Below are positions 54,590-64,000 of a stretch of DNA of 64,000 bases, piece after piece. The position numbers and the translations under genes are program-made. The stretch is from the human T2T-CHM13v2.0 reference genome, Homo sapiens, in NCBI RefSeq assembly GCF_009914755.1, contig NC_060933.1; one strand, given 5' to 3'. Under the pieces are notes generated by a model. The model worked only from the letters and a program-made list of their open reading frames with translations. It did not search any database and had not been told where the DNA came from. Position 1 is the first letter of the stretch; every line of letters starts with the position of its first letter.

Positions 54590-55112
54590 AATGGCTTTAA
54601 AACAAGACCCCCGCCCCAGTTCTTTGACATTTCACCTTGAATATGGGCAGGCTCATGAGTGCTTTGACCAGTAGAGCAAAATGGAAGGGATGCTGTGTGA
54701 CTTCTGAGTCTGGGTCATAAAAGGGGATGCAGCTACCACCTTGCTTACTGAAACATTCTCACTTGGAACTGTGAGCCTCCGTATAAGAAATTTGAGTGCC
54801 CTGAGGCCACTGTGGTGGGAGGAAGACAAGCCACAAGGAGAGGCCATGTGTGGTTGCTTCAGCAGCCCTGGTACCTAGGCTCCAGATGGATGAGTAAAGG
54901 AGCCTTCAGATAATTCTCACCCAAGCAGTCAAGTTACTCCCAGCTTTTGAATTCTTGCAGTTGAGGCCCCATACTTCGTGGAGCAAAGACAGCCCAACCT
55001 ACTATGTACTGTCTGAATTTTCAACCCACAGATCCATGAGCAAAATCAAATGGTGATTTTAAGCTGCTAAGTTTTGGGGTCATTTGTTGTGTCATCAATA
55101 GTAACTGCAACA
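54590..55112 (+). mobile_element. MLT1 (H/F-like) MaLR LTR
   Basis: tgctttgaccagtagagcaaaatggaagggatgctgtgtgacttctgag...tttaagctgctaagttttggggtcatttgtt...caatagtaactgcaaca. Confidence 0.75.
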
Positions 55113-55130
55113 ACTAACAAGCATTGCAAG

Positions 55131-55345
55131 CAGGATCAGCAAACTACAGCCCACAGTCCAAATCTGGCCCACTGCCTATTTTCATAAATAAATCTTTTAC
55201 AACCACACTCTTTTTTGGTTTGCTTTGAATGCATTTTCTATGGCTGCTTTCACACTACAATGGCAGAATCACGTAATTGTGACAGAAATCACAGCATCGT
55301 CAAGGCCTAAAATATTTACTATCTGGACCTCCAGAGGAAAGCCAA
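55131..55345. mobile_element. MER58A
   Basis: caggatcagcaaactacagcccacagtccaaatctggcccactgcctattttcataaataaa...gcctaaaatatttactatctgg. Confidence 0.85.
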
Positions 55346-58325
55346 TGTAGAGCTTTGAAAGTACTGAATGTAGTATCATTTGCTTACATTATTTCATTTA
55401 ATCCCAAGGTTAGAAATCATTCCTATTTTACAGTTAGGATCAGAGAGTTCAAGTGACTGGTCCAAGGTCACACAGCTCTCTAACTGCAGGTCTAATGCCT
55501 CCATAGCCCGTTGAAGACCTAGACTCCAGTTTGAGTAATAATGGCTTTGGGTAAGTCCCACCATGCTCTGCTCTCACTTTCCCAGCCTGGGACATGAGGG
55601 TATTGGGCAAGTTGGGCTGGAGAGGCTGCCAAAAGTCAGATGTCCAAACTTCCCCCCAGCTGAGTGCTAGCTACCAAGCAAAGTATTTCTGTTCCCCTTT
55701 GGTCTAGGAGTACCCAAGTGAGGCTTGAGAATGAGTCACCAGGGGCTGCTATGCATCCCTGCTCACTCTCACATGCAGCCACCCACCCTCGAGCACCAGA
55801 ACCCAACTTTCCTGTCTCCCAACTCAAGCTGACAACCCATGCTTTCTGCCAACATAAATATTTAATTCTAGTGCCCGGAACAGAGAGACCATCTTGGTAT
55901 TAAGGACTCCCATCCTAGTTTCTACTTTCAAAACAACTCAGTCTGAGGCATGATTAGGAGGTCCTGGCTTAGAACAAAGGTAAAGCAGTTTGTGGTTGGG
56001 CTCCAAACACCAGCTCCCCACACTTGCACTCCCTTCAACCTCTCAAGCTGTATGAGCTAACAGGCAAAGAATCAGGGGAGTGGGGAGCTGGCAGGGAGAG
56101 CTCTGTAGGAAGGCCAAGTCTGGAAACCAGTGTTGGTTCTAAGCTCAGGCAGAGGTGACAGCAACCTGGAAACGGTGCTAGGCATCCACTGTTCTGACTG
56201 CTAAATCCCCTGAAATTCACTGGTATGTGAGCATCTCCCTAAAATTCACAGTGCAGTGAACACCAGAACTCAGAAATAATTATAGTATTAACACTTAAAA
56301 TTAAATACATATAAATTCATTTACAATTAAAGTGTGTTGAGTGTATCTCCAATACCTGAGGAGTGAGTAATTATCACAGCAGTTCCACTCTGTGTGCTTT
56401 GCCATAAATGAATGCCTACTAGGTGCTGGGCATTCTGCTAAGCATGGAAGAAACACCCATAAAAAAAAAAAGAGTGGGGTTTTTGCTGTCATGGAGCTCA
56501 CAGAAGAGCAGAGAGATGGTCAAATGAACAAGAAATGGGACACAGTACTATAAGGTCTTCAATAAAAATGTATTCTTGCCCCTATGTTTGTTTCAGGTGT
56601 GTCTGTTCTTCCTTCTTTCAAAACAGTGGACTAAGCCTTAGATATGAGTTTAAAAGCTACTGTGAACTAGACCTTATCTTGCTGGATCTTCTGTCTGCTG
56701 CAAACTGGGATTGTCAACCACCTACAGGACTCTCATTTTTTTGTACGAAAAAATGATGACAATTCTTGCCCTCTCCATTCTGAAAGCCTTTGAGGAGTGA
56801 ATAAGACAGTGGATTTAAATATATAAATACTATGCAAATGATCTGTCTGAGTGTATTCATTCACTCATCAAATATGAGTGACCTGACCCCTCTTGAAAAA
56901 AAAAAATGCAGGTTGGCATGTGGCTTGGCTTTAACAACAATGACTGTGTTTGCCTTTCTTTTCTTGGTCTTCTCCTGTCCCTTCCTCTCCCCATCCCCCG
57001 TCTTTTCCTCCTCCTTCTCTTTATTCAGGGTGTGGACTAAATGATAACACATAATTGTACTAGCTATAGTACTTAATTGGAAGATGTTCACATTTTAATA
57101 TGCTGTTTTAGGGTAAAGCAGACACAGACTAACCTTATGGTCTCAAGTTAAGGAATGAATTGAACACAGAATGCCCAATTATTCTACTCCAACTTGCACT
57201 CCTGGGATCTCTGAAGCAAATTGTAGGCTTTTAAAAATATCTTTATTATATATTGGACAGCATCTCTGAACTCAGATATAAACAATAATTTTTAAAGTGA
57301 CTTCAGTTATAGAAATGACTTTTTCAGAAGGCATAACTTGGAAGCATGTTGAATTGAGAGGCAGAGGATATGATGTGTAGGTTTCACCTTGTCATTAACT
57401 AGCTATGTGGCTTTGGTGGGATTGTTTGCCCTCTCTGCACCTCAGTGGCCTGTCAATAACCCCATGGTGACGGTGTGAGGACTAAATGGTGATTATGGAT
57501 GTAAAAGTGCCTTAGAGATTCCACACACATTTCCTGGGCACATACTCTGTATCAGACACAGTGCTAGAAGCTTTTACACAGTTGTCTTCTGTTTCCTTTA
57601 CAACTGCCTAAGGGATGTGTATTATTAAATCCATTTTACAAGGAGGCAAGTGAGCCTTGGAAATTTGGATTGACTTTCCCAAGGCTACAGATATAGTAGT
57701 AGTTTAGCCAGGCCCCAACATAGGTCTACTTACTCAAAGTCCACTGCTCTTTCCAAATGGATAAAATTATTAGGCATTCATTGGTCCCAAGTGGGTCTTG
57801 AGTCACAGTTCAGAGGAAGTTAAAGTTTATTAGGAGGATGAACTCCATGTTCCCAACTTTTGACAAGGAAGAGATCTTACAACAGGAACACACTACTGCT
57901 CCTTTCAACACTGACATCACTTCTCTTCCCACATCTGACCCTAAAGCCCTTCTCTTCTTCCATGGTGCCTTTAAGATTGAATTTTGCCAAAGCCAAGCTC
58001 AGAGGAGGAGAGGCCAAGCAGAGGCCACCAACTTGGATTTACTCTTGGCCATTAAGTTAGGGAACATTATAGGCAGAATGGTTCTTATCTACTCAGTTCT
58101 GAGCTGAGCTCAGTTCCCATCTCATATGTGAGTTCTGCTTTCCATGGGTGGAGGGGTGGGAGTGGGACAAAGAAACAAGCCCTCTGCTTGGGGTCTAAAA
58201 GACTGAGTTTGCATCATGACTTTCTCCATTTCCTGTTTCTAACATCTCTGAGAGTCTTAGTTTTCCTATCTGTAAAATGGAGTCAACAATACTTGCCTCA
58301 CAAGATTGTTGTAAGAATGAATAGC

Positions 58326-58702
<377 letters not shown>

Positions 58703-59425
58703 TTATGATACTCAAGTAAGATAAAATGGAAACAGTGCATCTTTAAAATCAAATCCCTGCACAAAGGCAATGGTTCTGGAGGGTGTTGTTTTTCATAAGG
58801 TTTCATTAGAGCTCCAGTTCAGCCACAGCATGTATAAGCAAATCATGCCATGTTTGTGAGCTTCAGTTTCCTCATCAGTTACCCCATGACAGCAATATCC
58901 ACTTTTGATCATAGTTAAGAAAACTAGAAACAATTTACACACTAGGCACTGGCTCAGCTGGAGCCTGAACTCAGGGCTGCCTGTTGTGACCTTGGGTGAA
59001 TTTCTGCCCCATGGACTTTGCTTTCTTTTCCTATTTCACAATGGGTCACTAGATGTCTTCACTGGTGAATGATAGCAAATGTTAACTCCAGCTAGCGCCA
59101 ATCTTCTGCAAGCTCTTCCAACAAGACAAAGGAAGAGGGAACACTGACAATGAATTTTATAAGGTGGTGTTATCATTATAGAATTTGTCTGATTAAAATC
59201 AGATGAAATCCAATATCCCTTATATAGATACAACAGAATACTAAACTAACCATACTGAACAACTATAAAAAAGACTATACCCTATGACAAAGTAGAATTT
59301 GATAACAGAGATATCAAAGTAGAAATAGATAATAGAGATATCTATTTTTACCCTTTCTATTCCATATTGTACTGAAGGTTCTAGACAAGACAATTCATCA
59401 AGGAAAAAAAAAAGCATCCAGATAA

Positions 59426-60451
<1,026 letters not shown>

Positions 60452-60873
60452 TTACTACAAATTATTTAAGTTGTAAGATTATTAAATTTTCAGTTTAATA
60501 CTAGTGTCCAAAAAGAAATAAGAAAATCAACAATATAAACATAAGACTATTCTCATGTCACTTCCAAAAGATATTATTTGGGCAAAATGATCAATGACTA
60601 CATAATTTTGAAAAGGTGTCAATAACCTCTTCTTAGATTGAAGAAAAAGGTAATTTGGAAAATTCCCTGAAAGTACTACTACTGGTAAACTCTGAGTTTA
60701 CTTTAACAGCAACAATAAAAAAGGCCCAAGCCATCCTTAAAATCTAAAAAGTAAAAAAAAAATAGCATCCAGATAAGAAAAAAAAAAGTAATACAATCTA
60801 TTTTTGTAGAGACATAATTTTATATATGGAAAATAAAAAGGAGTCCATAAAATATTAGATATAAAACAGTTCA

Positions 60874-63549
60874 TAGTTCAACACAATAAAACTATATACA
60901 ATAGACACACAGCTAGTATTATACCAAATGGGGAAAAACAAAAAGCCTTTCCTTTAAGATCTGGAACAAGAAAGTGATGCCCACTCTCATCACTGTTACT
61001 CAACATAGTACTAGAAGCCTAGCTAGAGAAATCAGGTAAGAGAAAGAAATAATGGGCATCTAAATTGGAAAAAATGAAGTCAAATTATCCTTATTTGCAG
61101 ATGATATGATCTTATATTTGAAGACACCTAAGATTCCACCAAGAAAAAAACTATTAGAACTGACAAAATCAGGAAAGTTGTAGGATACAAAATCAACATA
61201 CAAAATAAGTAGCATTTCTACATGCCAATAATGAACAGTCTGAAAAAGAAACGAAGAAAGGAATCCCGTTTACAATAGCTACAAATAAAATGGAATAAAT
61301 TTAACTGAAGAAGTGAAATATTTCTACAAAAAAATATAAAACATTGAGTCAAGAAATTGAAGAGGACACACAAAAATAGGAAAGATAATCCATGTTCATG
61401 GATTGAAAGAATAAAAAAAATCCATATTACCCAAAGCAATCTATAGATTCAATGCAATCCCTAGCAAAATACCAATGATATTTGTATTAGTCCATTTTCA
61501 TGCTGCTGATAAGGACATACCTGAGACTGGGAAGAAAAAGAGGTTTAATGGACTTACAGTTCCACATGTCTGGGGAGGTTTCACAATCATGGTGGAAAGT
61601 AAGGTGGAGCAAGTCACATCTTACAGGGATGGCAGCAGGCAAAGAGAGAGGTGAACTCGTGCAGGGAAATCTCTTTTTATAAAATGATCAAATCTTGTGA
61701 GACTTATTCACTATCATGAGAACAGCACACGAAAGAATTTCCCCCATGATTCAATTATCTCCCACTGGTTCCCTCCTACAATACATGGAAATTCAAGATG
61801 AGATTTGGGTGGGGACATGGCCAAACCATATCAACATTGTTCAGATAAATAGAAAACAAATCCTAAAATTCCTGTGAAACCACCAAAGACACAAAATAGC
61901 CAAAGCTATCCTGAGCAGAGAGAACAAAACTGGAGGAATCACATTACCTAACTTCAAATTATACTACAGAGCTATAGTAACCAAAACTGCATGGTACTGT
62001 CATAAAAACAGACACATATATCAACAGAATAGAATACAGAACTCAGAAATAAATCCACACATCCACAGTTAACTCATTTTCAACAAAGGTGCCAAGAACA
62101 CACATTGGGGAAGGAACAGTCTCTTCAGTAAATGGTGCTGAGAAAACTGGGTATCCATATATCAAAGAAAGAAACTAGAGTGCTATCTTTTACCATATGG
62201 AAAAATCAAATCAAAATAATTAAAAAAGTTACATCTAAGACCTCATATTACGAAACTACTACAAGAAAACACTGGGGAAACTCTCCAGGACATTGGTCTG
62301 AGCAAAGATTTCTTGAGTAATAGCCCAAAAGTATAGGCAACCAAAGAAAAAAATGAACAAATGGGATGATATCAAGTGAAAACTGCACAGCAAAGGAAAC
62401 AATCAATAAGGTGAAAGACAGCCCACAGAATGGGAGAAAATATTTGCAAGCTACCCATCTGACAAGGGATTAATAACCAGAATATATAAGGAGCTCAAAC
62501 AACTCAATACCAAAAAGATTCTAATAACCCCATTTAAAAATGGGCAAAAGATCTGAATAGACATTTCTCAAAAGAAGACATACAAATGGCAAACAGGTAT
62601 ATAAGTAAGTGCTCAACATCATTGATCATCAGAGAAATGCAAATCAAAACTACAATGAGATGTCATCTCACCCCAGTTAAAATGGCTTTTATCCAAAAGT
62701 CAGGCAATAACAAATGCTGACAAAGATGTGGAGAAAGGGAAACCCTCGTATGTTACTGGTGGAAATGTAAATTAATACGACCACTATGGGGAACAATATG
62801 GAGATTCCTCAAAACACTAAAGCTAGAACTACCATATGATCCGGCTATCCAAGGAAAGGTATACACCCAAAAGAAAGGAAATCAGTATATTGAAGAGACA
62901 TCTGTACTCCCATGTTTATTTCAGCACTATTCACAATAGCCAAGATGTGGAAACAACCTGTGTCCATCAACAGACTAATGGATAAAGAAAATGTGGTACA
63001 TATACACAATGGAGTAGTATTCAGCCATTAAAAAAAATGAGATCTTACCATTAGAAACAACATGGATGGAACTGGAGGACATTATGTTAAGTGAAATAAG
63101 CCAGGCACAGAAAGACAAACTTTGCATGTTCTCACTCATTTGTGAGAACTAAAATTAAAAACAAAAAAAAAATTGAACTAATCGAGCTAGAGGATAGAAT
63201 GATAGTTGTTATCAGAGGCTAGGAAGGGCAGTGGAGAAGAAGGGGAAAAGAGGGGTTGGTTAATAGGCACAAAAATATAATTAGATAAAATGAATAACAT
63301 CTAGTATTTGATAGCAAAAGAGAGTGACTACAGTCAACAATTTACTGTATATTTAAAATAACTAAAAGAGCATAATTGAAAAGTTCATAACACAAAGAAA
63401 TAATAAATGCTTGAGGTGATGGATTCCTCATTTACCCTGATGTGATTATTACACATCGCATACTTGTATCAAAATATCTCATGTACCTCATAAATATATA
63501 CACCTACTATGTACCCATAAAAATTCGAAATAAAAAAAATTAAAAAATA
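60874..63549 (+). mobile_element. L1MA-type element (3' part of ORF2, 3' UTR and A tail)
   Basis: Degenerate RT/ORF2 sequence (ttatttgcagatgatatgatc = LFADDMI); L1MA-type 3' end ...tttaccctgatgtgattattacac...tacacctactatgtacccataaaaa. Confidence 0.88.
61483..61833 (-). mobile_element. THE1B-like solo LTR inserted in L1MA
   Basis: tgtattagtcc...gggaagaaaaagaggtttaatggacttacagttccacatg...ccaaaccatatca; TSD atatt/acatt. Confidence 0.92.
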
Positions 63550-64000
63550 AGTTCAGTCAAGCAGGTTACAAGATTAATATACAAAAATCAACTGTATTTC
63601 TATTTACTAGCAATGAACAATCAGAAAATAAAATTTGAAAACCATTCCTTTGTGCAGTATTAAAAACTGTATTTACAGAATTAAAAAAAACACTTAGGAA
63701 TAAATTTAACAAAAGAAGCATAAGACTTGAACACTAAAAACTACAGAATATCATTCAAAGAAATTAAAGAAGGCCTGTGTAAATGTGAAGACATCCTGTA
63801 TTCATGGACTGGAAGGCTTAACACTGTTAAACTGGAAATATTCCCAAATTTATCTGTAGATTCAAAATCTCTATTAAAATATCCGATGATTTGTTTTACA
63901 GAAATTGACAAGCTGCTCCTAAAATTCACATGGAAATGAAAGGCATCCAGAATAGCCAAAACAATATTTAAAAAGAAAAAAAAGCTGGAGTACTTATACA

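Overview
Human (great-ape-type) genomic DNA, recognisable as the tail-to-tail PAPPA/ASTN2 junction (9q33.1). The + strand carries the last coding exon of PAPPA (1512-1619) and its ~5.7 kb 3' UTR, ending at ~7327. That UTR also hosts the antisense PAPPA-AS1/PAPPAS ORF. The - strand carries the last three coding exons of ASTN2 (47461-47561, 45617-45800, 30841-31078), with consistent splice phases and a 3' UTR ending near 30220. The rest is intergenic or intronic and rich in repeats: Alu, L1, THE1/MLT1/LTR16 LTRs, MER5/MER20/MER33/MER58 DNA transposons, MIR/L2 and microsatellites. I found no prokaryote-style novel system. The most notable observations are: (1) a TSD-bounded L1PA insertion carrying a 3'-transduced genomic segment inside a multi-layer TE nest (59413-60776); (2) a candidate in-phase alternative last exon of ASTN2 (42484-42583); (3) a 49-bp locally templated insertion inside a MER5A1; (4) a very young AluYa5-lineage insertion forming an inverted pair with a neighbouring Alu; (5) a homopolymer-length-dependent C-terminus of the PAPPAS ORF; (6) a MER20 with intact TSDs and a template-switch scar. 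Repeat subfamily calls were made by eye from remembered consensus sequences, and boundaries are approximate unless TSDs are given.
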